The notes under the pieces are model-generated. The model did not search any database. It was not told where the DNA came from and worked only from the letters and a program-made list of their open reading frames with translations. From Patescibacteria group bacterium (lineage in GTDB: Bacteria > Patescibacteriota > WWE3 > UBA101185 > UBA10185): a DNA stretch of 64,000 bases. The stretch covers positions 65,357 through 129,356 of the forward strand of contig JBMORU010000001.1 of the NCBI GenBank assembly GCA_049322215.1, read 5' to 3'. The translations under genes were made by a program, and so were the position numbers. Positions 1-13,618 of the stretch are shown piece by piece; the first letter of the stretch is position 1, and each line of letters begins with the position of its first letter.

Positions 1-36
1 TTAATATAAAGTGTTTTTAATTATATAGCCAGTTTA

Positions 37-2328
37 TTAAGAGTTTATGTTTATTTCTAAAGACTCTTCTTTAGCTTGAGCAGTTAAATTCAAAGGCCGT
101 TTATTAGAGTTTAATATTATTTCTGCAACACTATCTAATAGTTCACTTTCAATTGTCCTGCGTAATGCACGTGCACCATATTCGTCTGAATAACCTTTTT
201 CCAGTAAAAGTTTTTTTGCTTCTGCGGTTACTTTTAGCTTTATACCTTGTTTTCTCAGGTGATCGAGTACATCTTTTAGCAGTACATTTAATATCTTCTT
301 TTGATCTACTTTTTTAAGTTTTTTGAAAACAATTACTTCATCAAAACGATTGATTAGTTCAGGCTTTAGTATTTTCTTTAAATTGTTCCTTAAGTGTTTT
401 TCTATTCTATCGTCAGATATAGGCGCGTTATCAAAACCTATTGTGTTTTCATGAGTTATTTTTGTACCTAAGTTACTCGTTAATACCACTACGGCGTTCG
501 AAAAGTCAAAAGTAGTGCCTTTAGCATCTACTAATTCACCCTCTTCCATAATTTGAAGCAGAATATTTAATACATCATGGTGAGCTTTTTCAATTTCATC
601 AAATAAAACTACTGAGTTAGGGTTTGCATCTATTTTTGTGGTTAATTCACCACCTTCTCCGTATCCTATATATCCCGGAGGAGCCCCCACCAAACGTGCA
701 ATTGTGTGCTTCTCGCCAAAGTCAGACATATCAAGTCGAATTAAAGAATGCGGCCCAAAAGCTTCAGCAGCAAGTAGTTTAGCTAACTCTGTTTTACCAA
801 CCCCTGTAGAACCCAAAAACAAAAAATTACCCAAAGGCCGTTTTTTTGCTCTTAAACCAAGTTTCCCTCTAATTAAAGCTTTAGCTACAGTATCTACAGC
901 ATGATTTTGTCCAATTAATTTCTTTTTTAGTTGCGAAGATAAATTACTCAAACCACTTAAATTTTGCGTGACATTTGACCCTGCATCCTCAGCAACATCA
1001 AACAGCACATAATCTATATCTTTTGTTGATAAAGTAAGTTTTGCTTCATTATCTGAGTTTACAAATAAGTCTTCTTCTAAATGTTTTAAACGGGTTTCTA
1101 GTCTACGAAGTTTAGTGCGTGTCTGTAGTGCAGAGTCATAATCAGAATTATCAAGCAATTTATTAATTTGAGCTCTCAAAAGAAACTCTTTACTTACTAA
1201 TTCCTTATAGCTATCAGGAACACGCTTTTCTTTTACTAACAAATTTGCACAGGCTTGATCTAAAATTTCCAAAGCTTTTTTTGGAAATCTATCTTGTTTT
1301 AATTCCCGCTTAGTAGCCTCATAGGCATGTTTAAAAACTTTACTTGGAATTTTAACATTGTGATGAGCACCTAATATTGCACTTTTTACCGCAAGTATTT
1401 CCATTGTTATCTCCTCGGAAGGTTCATTAACATTTATTAAAGCAAAACCATCGAATATTTGGTCGTTTTCAGAAGAAACCTTATCGTAAAAGGAATTGTT
1501 AATAATTGTTATCATAGGAATGCCTGCAGTTTGTAAGTCAGATTTTAAAATGTTAAATAGCAACGGAACTGTTAAACCTACATTTGTACTTATAAATATA
1601 TTCTGAACGTCTTTTATATACAAAATAACCTTTTTAAAGCTTCTTAGCTCTTCCAGCAATGTTGCTAAACCGTACTCTAACCCTTCTCTATTAGAAATAG
1701 ATGTTATAAAGCCAATTAAATCAAACTCTATAACTTCGTAGTCAACAAGTGCCGGAGGTACTTCCATTAGTTGAATCTGATTAACAAGTAATTCAACCAA
1801 TGTACGCTTGCCTACACCATAATCACCTACAATTAACGGGTTAAAGTCTTCTTTCTGCAGTAAAACTGCAATTATATCTTCGATTTCTTCCCTATATACT
1901 AGGTCTACACGAGCGCTAGATAACTTACGAGAGGTCAAATTTTCACCAAAAGTATCTAATAAAGGCGTTTTCTGAGAATCATGTGAATCGCCACTGTGAG
2001 GAAATGTGCTAAGTTTTACTAATTCACGCTTAATTAGCTCAAAATCAGGAGAATTAGTTAACGAAGCAAGAGCTAATAACAAATGCTCAGTACCAACATA
2101 AACATGACCCAGCTTTAAAGCGTGATAATAGGCTTCTTCCACCATATTATCCATATTTACAGCTCTAGCTCTATTTATGTTTAAACCTGGAATATTCCTT
2201 AGTATCAAAGACGCTAAACCCGAAGTGTTTTGCATTGAATCAAGAACAACTCCAACATCAATGTTAGAAACACCTTCAAGATCACTTAATATGAACTTAG
2301 CTCTTTTTGTTAGCCTGTTTAAACTCAT
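37..2328 (-). CDS. clpC: ClpC/ClpB-like AAA+ chaperone (Clp ATPase subunit); NBD1 Walker A degenerate, NBD2 canonical
   Basis: 763-aa ORF. N-terminal Clp_N-like repeats. NBD2 has Walker A GSTGVGKTELAK and Walker B VVLFDEIEKAH. NBD1 P-loop reads GDYGVGKRTL, which is degenerate. Confidence 0.8.
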   Translation of the reverse strand: MSLNRLTKRAKFILSDLEGVSNIDVGVVLDSMQNTSGLASLILRNIPGLNINRARAVNMDNMVEEAYYHALKLGHVYVGTEHLLLALASLTNSPDFELIKRELVKLSTFPHSGDSHDSQKTPLLDTFGENLTSRKLSSARVDLVYREEIEDIIAVLLQKEDFNPLIVGDYGVGKRTLVELLVNQIQLMEVPPALVDYEVIEFDLIGFITSISNREGLEYGLATLLEELRSFKKVILYIKDVQNIFISTNVGLTVPLLFNILKSDLQTAGIPMITIINNSFYDKVSSENDQIFDGFALINVNEPSEEITMEILAVKSAILGAHHNVKIPSKVFKHAYEATKRELKQDRFPKKALEILDQACANLLVKEKRVPDSYKELVSKEFLLRAQINKLLDNSDYDSALQTRTKLRRLETRLKHLEEDLFVNSDNEAKLTLSTKDIDYVLFDVAEDAGSNVTQNLSGLSNLSSQLKKKLIGQNHAVDTVAKALIRGKLGLRAKKRPLGNFLFLGSTGVGKTELAKLLAAEAFGPHSLIRLDMSDFGEKHTIARLVGAPPGYIGYGEGGELTTKIDANPNSVVLFDEIEKAHHDVLNILLQIMEEGELVDAKGTTFDFSNAVVVLTSNLGTKITHENTIGFDNAPISDDRIEKHLRNNLKKILKPELINRFDEVIVFKKLKKVDQKKILNVLLKDVLDHLRKQGIKLKVTAEAKKLLLEKGYSDEYGARALRRTIESELLDSVAEIILNSNKRPLNLTAQAKEESLEININS

Positions 2329-2412
2329 TTATTTATTTCTGTAGCGGTGATGAAAGCGTAAGCTTTCACCCGCAAAGAAAGAAGATACCACGTACTTTAG
2401 TATGTGGAAGCT

Positions 2413-3525
2413 TCATTCAGAGTCTGCTTGCCTTATACTTAGAGCAAGTTTTTGATTGGTACCGTCTACAAAAGTTACTACCGCAGTAACTTCGTTACCT
2501 TCTTCTAAAGAACCATCCATTTCTGAGATATGAATTAATCCATCTAACCCTTTTTCAAGGTTAACAAAGGCACCAAATGGAACCACTTTACTCACTTTGC
2601 CAGTTACGGTTGTACCTACAGGATATTTTTCTTCAACAGTGTCCCAAGGATTTGGCGTTAAACGTTTTACGCTCAAAGCAAGTTTTTTAGAATCGTCATC
2701 TATTCCTAAAACAACTACACCAATTGGAGACCCTACAGAATAGTAATCACCTGGATGACTTACTTTTTCCCAAGCAATCTCACTAATATGAACTAGACCT
2801 TCTAAGCCTTCCATATCAACAAAAATACCAAAAGGCATTACACCTGTTACAATTCCGTTTAACTTAGCACCTACCTCTACAGAAGCGAGCTTTTCTTCTT
2901 TAACTTCGGGACTATATTCGGTAATCGCATCCTTTTCGGATAAGACTAAACGATTTTTTTCTCGGTCAAATTCAATTACTTTAACTTTTAAAGGTTTTCC
3001 AGCTAAAACTTTTAGTGATTCTTTTAGTTCAGCTTCGCTTCCTGCAGCAAATTTGGCAACATCGTTTGCAAAGTGTACTCTATCTAAGTGAGATAAGGGT
3101 ACAAAACCTCTTAGTCCCATACAGTCAGCTAATAAACCACCTTTGTTGTATTCCAAAATAACAACTTCTAGCACAGAACCATCTTCAAAGGCATCTTCTA
3201 CCACACGCCATTTTCTTTCTTTTTCAGCGCGTTTTAAAGAAAGTACAATATATCCCTGATCGTTTTCTGCTTGTAAAACAGTGGCTAAAACTGTATCACC
3301 AGGGCTTAAATTTTTGTGAGATTTGTCGTTATCACCTAACTCTTCTCCGGTTATAATACCTTCAGATTTAGCACCAACGTCTAACAACAATTCGCCATGG
3401 TCAACACTAACCACAATACCTTCTACTAATTCTCCTGGATAAAATTGCTTAATTTCAAGATTCTTGTCTTTTAAGAGCTTGGTCATTATAGAATCTTCTT
3501 TATGTATTTCACGAGCTTTTGACAT
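2413..3525 (-). CDS. rpsA: 30S ribosomal protein S1 (four S1 domains, short form)
   Basis: 370 aa with repeated S1 OB-fold motifs (GELVEGIVV..., GDTVLATVL..., GFVPLSHL..., GAKLNGIVTGV..., GTTVTGKVSKVVPFGAFV). Confidence 0.8.
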   Translation of the reverse strand: MSKAREIHKEDSIMTKLLKDKNLEIKQFYPGELVEGIVVSVDHGELLLDVGAKSEGIITGEELGDNDKSHKNLSPGDTVLATVLQAENDQGYIVLSLKRAEKERKWRVVEDAFEDGSVLEVVILEYNKGGLLADCMGLRGFVPLSHLDRVHFANDVAKFAAGSEAELKESLKVLAGKPLKVKVIEFDREKNRLVLSEKDAITEYSPEVKEEKLASVEVGAKLNGIVTGVMPFGIFVDMEGLEGLVHISEIAWEKVSHPGDYYSVGSPIGVVVLGIDDDSKKLALSVKRLTPNPWDTVEEKYPVGTTVTGKVSKVVPFGAFVNLEKGLDGLIHISEMDGSLEEGNEVTAVVTFVDGTNQKLALSIRQADSE

Positions 3526-3675
3526 AATATATTTCGTTCACCAAAGATTAAATTATTATAATCCGGTTGGTTTTGTGTTGCTAAATTTAATACTTTAGTG
3601 ATAATGACAACACAAACGAGGTAAATCACTAGTGCGGGGGGATTATAACGTATTTATAAAGATACGTCGAGAATA

Positions 3676-3726
3676 ACAAAAAAAAGACGAGTTTTAACCT
3701 AACTTATTAATAAGCTAAAACTCGTC
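3676..3726 (-). terminator. Rho-independent terminator downstream of the 5S rRNA and the 135-aa gene
   Basis: Inverted repeat gacgagtttta...taaaactcgtc at 3686-3726. On the minus strand it is followed by a run of 8+ T (plus-strand A-tract 3677-3685). Confidence 0.6.
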
Positions 3727-3727
3727 A

Positions 3728-4135
3728 TTAATGCACATAGGCTGCGTGTTTGGCAAAAAATGTTTGAGCAGATGAAAATCCCGGAGGATCAAAAGCTTCA
3801 AACACTTGCCTAAAAGTGAATCCCATGTTTTCACCGTCTTTTAATGCAAGGCGAAAATTACCCAGATATCTAACAAAAAACCTAAAAATCAAGGTGTGTA
3901 TAAATATAACACCAGGACTTTTGAAGTTTCCTTTTACCTGTAGGTTATTAACTAGCTCTTCAAATTCGGGATTGCTTAGTAAACCACGTAGATAAAAGGT
4001 GAGAATTTGGTTGTACCGGCGTGCTGTAACTAAATCAAACACAACCAGTATTGGGTTTCCGTCCAGATCGGGTATAGAAAAAGAATCACCCTCTTTCGCG
4101 AGCCTATAAATGCGTTTAGGATCGTATTTGTGCAT
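3728..4135 (-). CDS. hypothetical protein (135 aa) co-directional with and immediately downstream of 5S rRNA
   Basis: ORF with an AAGGAGAG Shine-Dalgarno 6 nt upstream of the ATG (reverse complement of 4138-4150) and a terminator right after the stop. No recognisable family. Confidence 0.5.
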   Translation of the reverse strand: MHKYDPKRIYRLAKEGDSFSIPDLDGNPILVVFDLVTARRYNQILTFYLRGLLSNPEFEELVNNLQVKGNFKSPGVIFIHTLIFRFFVRYLGNFRLALKDGENMGFTFRQVFEAFDPPGFSSAQTFFAKHAAYVH

Positions 4136-4315
4136 TTGTCACTCTCCTTTTGCATTTGTATATAACGTAATTGCCACAATCTTAGCACAGTTAAAAAAAA
4201 TCGCCCTTGTGTTGGCGATAAAAAACTTATGTATACAATTCCGGTTAGAATATAGTTATCCACTAGGTCATCGAAGAGACTGTGGGCACTTTGCTTACAC
4301 AAAACACGCACAGTC

Positions 4316-4428
<113 letters not shown>

Positions 4429-4614
4429 TTATATACATAAATTTTTAAACTGCTAATTAGATTAGCTCATGCGCCTTTTCTCGTTCCAAGAAAGCAACCA
4501 AAAAAGGCGAAAAAGCCAACCTAATTAAAATTTGCATTACGTAAATAGCAAAAAGTCGAGTGCTTTTTACCAATGGTAAAAAGCCGTAGAAACTTTAACA
4601 CATAAACATTGTTT

Positions 4615-7640
<3,026 letters not shown>

Positions 7641-7912
7641 AGAGAATACGCAATTTATATTCAGAGAACACAAATCACGGTATATATTAAAGTCTCGTTG
7701 ACTTTTTACCTTAGTTTTAAAACATAAAGTAAAAAGCGTTTGAGTGACTTTTTGCTATTTGCCTAATGCAAATAAAGAATAAGTCATTTATTCTATATTA
7801 AGTTTACAAAGTACCTCTTTTTACAGAGTCAAAGTTAAAAACTTAATAAACTATATTAAGTTCTTAAATTTAACTACGTACCCAAATTTACAAGCTAAGC
7901 TATGCGATAACT

Positions 7913-7989
7913 TGGTGGACCCGACGGGAGTCGAACCCGTGACCTCCGCAGTGCAAATGCGGCGCTCTAGCCAACTGAGCTACAGGCCC
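7913..7989 (-). tRNA. tRNA-Ala (anticodon TGC), CCA encoded, G3:U70 identity pair present
   Basis: Reverse complement GGGCCTGTAGCTCAGTTGGCTAGAGCGCCGCATTTGCACTGCGGAGGTCACGGGTTCGACTCCCGTCGGGTCCACCA folds as a cloverleaf. Anticodon loop is TTTGCAC. Confidence 0.9.
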
Positions 7990-8201
7990 TCGCCTGTTTA
8001 GTTAAAATATTAATGTTAAGTTGGAATTAAGAGCTTCCGTCAAAAAGCTTTAAACCCGAAAAATCGAGTAGAAGGTAAATTCCCATTCCGTAGGAGTAAA
8101 TTATCACTTTGAGTAAACAATGTCAATAAAATTAATGGGTCTAAAGTTTATAGCAAAAAACTAAAAACTTTAAACCCAAATGTGTCAGAAATGGTTATTG
8201 A

Positions 8202-8588
8202 CTACGCAAGAACAAGCTTACCGTGCCGAGAACTTTTAACAGTATAAGTTTTGCCGCACAAGTGCACAAGCTCCCCTTTAGAAATGTGTGCCATTCCGTA
8301 AACAGTTTGCGCACCACCGCTACCACCAACTTGAACAGAATACTGGCTGTAACCGTTTGAACTTCGAGTATGCAACTGAACTGGCCCCTTATAGGACTGA
8401 AGCTGCAATGACCGACGATCAGTAAAACGCACCCAAAAAGTATCTCCATCGTAAGTTACTGAGTCACCATAGTTTAAACGTTTTGGTCCAAACAATGCTG
8501 TGGGGAGTTTTACGCCATCAACATAAACGTTATTGTACTTTTTTTGCTGACCATTACCTTGCCCTGTCAAAGTATCTTTCTTAGACAT
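8202..8588 (-). CDS. hypothetical protein (128 aa) embedded in the 16S-23S spacer
   Basis: ORF preceded by a strong SD (TAAGGAGAGACA-ATG, reverse complement of 8589-8603). Gly/Ser/Tyr-rich with no family recognised. Locally GC-richer than the surrounding spacer. Confidence 0.55.
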   Translation of the reverse strand: MSKKDTLTGQGNGQQKKYNNVYVDGVKLPTALFGPKRLNYGDSVTYDGDTFWVRFTDRRSLQLQSYKGPVQLHTRSSNGYSQYSVQVGGSGGAQTVYGMAHISKGELVHLCGKTYTVKSSRHGKLVLA

Positions 8589-8747
8589 TGTCTCTCCTTA
8601 GATAAATATTGGGATTTGTAAATTTCCTATGTTATAGGGTAAGGGCTATGGTAAAACATTGTATTGGCGTTGTCAATTAAGCAAAAACTATTACATACTC
8701 TTTACATATTCATGTTAATATATTAAAACGTATATGCCCTTTAGTAA

Positions 8748-8824
8748 GGGCTCGTAGCTCAGTTGGTTAGAGCGCTCCTCTGATAAGGGAGAGGTCGATG
8801 GTTCGAATCCATCCGAGCCCACCA
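8748..8824 (+). tRNA. tRNA-Ile (anticodon GAT), CCA encoded, on the strand opposite to the rRNA genes
   Basis: GGGCTCGTAGCTCAGTTGGTTAGAGCGCTCCTCTGATAAGGGAGAGGTCGATGGTTCGAATCCATCCGAGCCCACCA gives a clean cloverleaf with anticodon loop CTGATAA. Confidence 0.9.
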
Positions 8825-8861
8825 AGCTGTAAATCCACTAAACAAGTTAATATAAAACTTT

Positions 8862-8886
8862 AAAAAAAAGAGCACCGGAGTGCTAA
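8862..8886. terminator. Bidirectional hairpin terminator between tRNA-Ile (+) and the NUDIX gene (-)
   Basis: aaaaaaaag-AGCACC-gga-GTGCT-aacttttattt. The GC hairpin is flanked by an A-tract on one side and a T-rich tract on the other. On the minus strand it reads hairpin followed by TTTTTTTT. Confidence 0.5.
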
Positions 8887-8889
8887 CTT

Positions 8890-9303
8890 TTATTTGTTGT
8901 TAATAAATTCTAAAACAGGAGAAGCTAGATCGTAATAGACAAAATTAGAAAATAAGTCAGGTTCTACCCATCTAAACTGTTCAACTTCAGAAGTATCAAT
9001 TAACAATGTATATGCTTCAGACACTAGAGTACAAGCAAAGTAATGCAATACTACTTTTTGTGAGGGAATAATAATTTCATGAATTTTGCGAACTACCGAA
9101 ACTTCATGTCCAGTTTCTTCGTATGCTTCACGTACTGCTGCCTCTTCATGAGTTTCATCATCATAAACTTTACCCCCAGGAAATGTCCAGGAGAGTCTAT
9201 TTTCTAACCCATGTAATGAGGGATCATAGCGTTTTACTAACAAAACGCTGCCTGTAGGGTTTTTAACTACAGATAAAGCTACTTGTGTTTGATTATCTTC
9301 CAT
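8890..9303 (-). CDS. NUDIX hydrolase
   Basis: 137 aa with a Nudix box GGKVYDDETHEEAAVREAYEETGHEV (GX5EX7REUXEEXGU). Confidence 0.8.
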   Translation of the reverse strand: MEDNQTQVALSVVKNPTGSVLLVKRYDPSLHGLENRLSWTFPGGKVYDDETHEEAAVREAYEETGHEVSVVRKIHEIIIPSQKVVLHYFACTLVSEAYTLLIDTSEVEQFRWVEPDLFSNFVYYDLASPVLEFINNK

Positions 9304-9570
9304 AAATTATCTTAATTTCTATATCGTTTACACTTAGCGCTTCAAGGAATAATAAGCAAAAAGAATGTCTCATTTAAGGGTTTAGGCTCACCCTTGAACC
9401 TGCTCATCCAACCCCGTGAGGGGGGTGGTGTACAACTACTACCTATGAGCTGCTCGATAGTAGCGTATGTTTTTTCTTTCATCGGTCTTTTTAAGACACA
9501 CTGTCAAACACAAAGGATTGACCATCTTAAAAAGGTTCCGCGATCAAAAACATAATATTCTTTCTCTTTA

Positions 9571-11035
<1,465 letters not shown>

Positions 11036-11116
11036 AAACATTCTTTTTGCTTGCCATTCCTCGAAATAACAAGCATTCTTGAATACTAAGTAATATTAAA
11101 AAATCAAAGAGCAAAT

Positions 11117-11175
11117 CAGATTATACTGAGATTCACGCTTCCCGCAAGATACCAATAAATAAGATAATAGTCAAC
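11117..11175 (-). promoter_or_regulatory. Putative sigma70-type promoter(s) for the 16S rRNA gene
   Basis: On the minus strand, TTGCGG-16nt-TATAAT (plus-strand 11142-11147 and 11120-11125), about 80 nt upstream of the 16S 5' end. A second TTGACT-17nt-TATCTT lies just upstream (11146-11174). Confidence 0.35.
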
Positions 11176-11266
11176 AACTCACTACTTATTAGTTTCAGCG
11201 TAGTATCTACTATAAATAGAATTTAGATAATTGCAAATTTATCTATGTTTAAGGTAACTATTAAGA

Positions 11267-13618
11267 ATGCAAAAAGCGATCGTAGTTTCTATGCTCATTA
11301 TTACATTTTTCTCTATAAATACAAGTAAAGCTTTTGGACAAGAAATAATACCTACTACAGAAAATGGCTTTTACATTACCTCTGTCGAAATTACACCTTG
11401 GGGAATTATGAGTGGAGAATTTGATCAACGCGCGTGGAAAAACCCTTTTAATGGCATAAAAATTTCAAAAGATAAAGGCGTCTCCTGGACAGCGTCAGGA
11501 CTAAAAAATAGAGGTATTACAGATTTACACTACCAAAACGGTATTATATATGCAGCTACATACTATTTTGTAGAACAAGAAGCCGGTCTTTTTGTATCTT
11601 ACGATGCAGGAATAAACTGGACACATTTAGGGAACAACTTTTCAACTACAAAAGTAACTACAAGCAACGACACTATTTACCTAGGAACATATAGCCATGG
11701 GCTATGGAAGCATAGCAACGCAACAGGGTGGAAACAACTCATTGGCGATGGTTACTTTGGCCCTAAAATAACCCTCATAAAAGCAAAAGACAGCTACATA
11801 GTTGCACAAACATCGGTAGGTGTTTATGAATCAAATGATTTTGGAGAAACCTGGACAGTACCAGAAGTTTTTAAACAAACTACTATAAACGACGTTATCT
11901 TTATAGACGAGTTAACTATAGCTGCTACTAAAACTGGAATTTATACATCATCAGATAAGGGTATTACGTGGAATAAACAAAACAGTTTGAATGAAAAAAA
12001 CATAACAACATTATTCGCAACACCCAAACACATGTACGCCAGTGTTGAACAAAAACCTAATGAATTTGAGCTTTTGGTATCTTTAAACTCAGGAACTACT
12101 TGGAATAAATTTGCAACATTACCCATAAACAAGCCAAATGCCATAAAAGACATGACTTATATGTTTTCATTTCCATCAAAAATATATTTTGTGAGCCAAA
12201 CAAACGGAATATTTTACTTTTTAGAAGAATCAAACAACATAAAGGAGCCTTTGCTTAGAATTCCATGGCACTATAAAAAAGAATCTGAACTTGTCTCAAC
12301 TATAACATCTTATTTTGATCACGAATATCCATTCTCCGGGTATAAATACTACACAGAACCACCAGCTGTTAATGCAACAACTGTAAATTATCTTGGACAA
12401 AGAGCCAGAGAACCAATTTTATACTATAGTAAACACGATGGTGTGGATTTTGCACTGCCTTACGGTACTGAAATTGTAGCGGCACATTCTGGGCAGGCAA
12501 CTTATGCGTACGAAGAAAATGGTTTGGGTCATCATATAAATGTAGTCAGCGAAAACGGATTTCAAACTACATATGCACATATGCAAGAAAGTGGTTTAGC
12601 CACTAAAACAACTACTTGGATTGAAGAAGGAAATAAAGTTGGATTAGTAGGACTAACAGGAAAAACTACAGGACCCCACTTACACTTTGCAGTAACATAC
12701 GACAAAAATGAAAATGAAAACTTTACTGATAATGAAACAAATGGAAAAACAGATCCTTTTGGATGGCAAACACCGTTTTATGCTGATCCATGGGCAACAT
12801 ACACCTGGTTGGATAGTTTAGGTACCCATAACGGCATGGAAAGCTATTATATGTGGAAAAACAACCTACCAAAAAGCACTTTTAATATTACTAACAATTT
12901 GCAAAATATCACGCACGAAAACATAAGTATGCAGCTTCCTGAAAACTTTACACAACACGAAATCACTATTTCTATTCAAAACCATTCGATACCTGCAGTA
13001 CCACCTGAAAAAAACAAACTTGTTTATATAACAGGAACATCCTTTTTACTTAATGCCTACAACAACTTAGGGCAAGAACCTCCCGAGTTTTTAAAGCCTG
13101 TTCGAATTGAAATTGACTTTAGTGAAGCTGATTTACAAAACATTTTGCTGAATACACTTAGTATTTACTACCTAAATGACTCAACAAACAGTTGGGAAAA
13201 AGTTAACTCAGTATTAGATTTAGTAAACAAAAAACTTACAGCAGAAACTTCCCACTTTTCAAACTATGCTGTTTTTGCTGAAAAAATAGATTATGACGCC
13301 CCAAATACAATCATTGCAGTAATAGGTGCAAAAACAGGAAACTGGTTTACACAGTATCCAACTATAGAACTTAGTTATAATGATGCAGACGTTAACTATG
13401 TGTTTTATAAATTAAACAACGAAGTTACTTGGCGTGAGTATAGTGAACCATTTGAACTACAAAAAGAAGGAATAAATAAAATAGAATATAAGGCGGTAGA
13501 TGGCAACAACAACTGGGAAAATGCACACGACATTGTTATACCTATAGATACGAAAAATAAATGGAAAGATACTTCCAAGGTCTCAGAAATAGTAGTTGGC
13601 ACTGAAACTCAAAATTAA
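11267..13618 (+). CDS. Secreted BNR/Asp-box repeat protein fused to an M23 (LytM-type) metallopeptidase domain
   Basis: 783 aa with a signal peptide (MQKAIVVSMLIITFFSINTSKAFG). At least five S-x-D-x-G-x-T-W BNR repeats (SKDKGVSWT, SYDAGINWT, SNDFGETWT, SSDKGITWN, SLNSGTTWN). M23 motifs HDGVDFALPYGTEIVAAHSG and GPHLHFAV. Confidence 0.75.
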   Translation: MQKAIVVSMLIITFFSINTSKAFGQEIIPTTENGFYITSVEITPWGIMSGEFDQRAWKNPFNGIKISKDKGVSWTASGLKNRGITDLHYQNGIIYAATYYFVEQEAGLFVSYDAGINWTHLGNNFSTTKVTTSNDTIYLGTYSHGLWKHSNATGWKQLIGDGYFGPKITLIKAKDSYIVAQTSVGVYESNDFGETWTVPEVFKQTTINDVIFIDELTIAATKTGIYTSSDKGITWNKQNSLNEKNITTLFATPKHMYASVEQKPNEFELLVSLNSGTTWNKFATLPINKPNAIKDMTYMFSFPSKIYFVSQTNGIFYFLEESNNIKEPLLRIPWHYKKESELVSTITSYFDHEYPFSGYKYYTEPPAVNATTVNYLGQRAREPILYYSKHDGVDFALPYGTEIVAAHSGQATYAYEENGLGHHINVVSENGFQTTYAHMQESGLATKTTTWIEEGNKVGLVGLTGKTTGPHLHFAVTYDKNENENFTDNETNGKTDPFGWQTPFYADPWATYTWLDSLGTHNGMESYYMWKNNLPKSTFNITNNLQNITHENISMQLPENFTQHEITISIQNHSIPAVPPEKNKLVYITGTSFLLNAYNNLGQEPPEFLKPVRIEIDFSEADLQNILLNTLSIYYLNDSTNSWEKVNSVLDLVNKKLTAETSHFSNYAVFAEKIDYDAPNTIIAVIGAKTGNWFTQYPTIELSYNDADVNYVFYKLNNEVTWREYSEPFELQKEGINKIEYKAVDGNNNWENAHDIVIPIDTKNKWKDTSKVSEIVVGTETQN

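Noticed and set aside
638-904. 88-aa (+) ORF antisense within clpC
   Set aside because: Completely embedded antisense in a conserved AAA+ domain. Its Pro/Ser/Ala-rich composition is typical of an antisense artefact.
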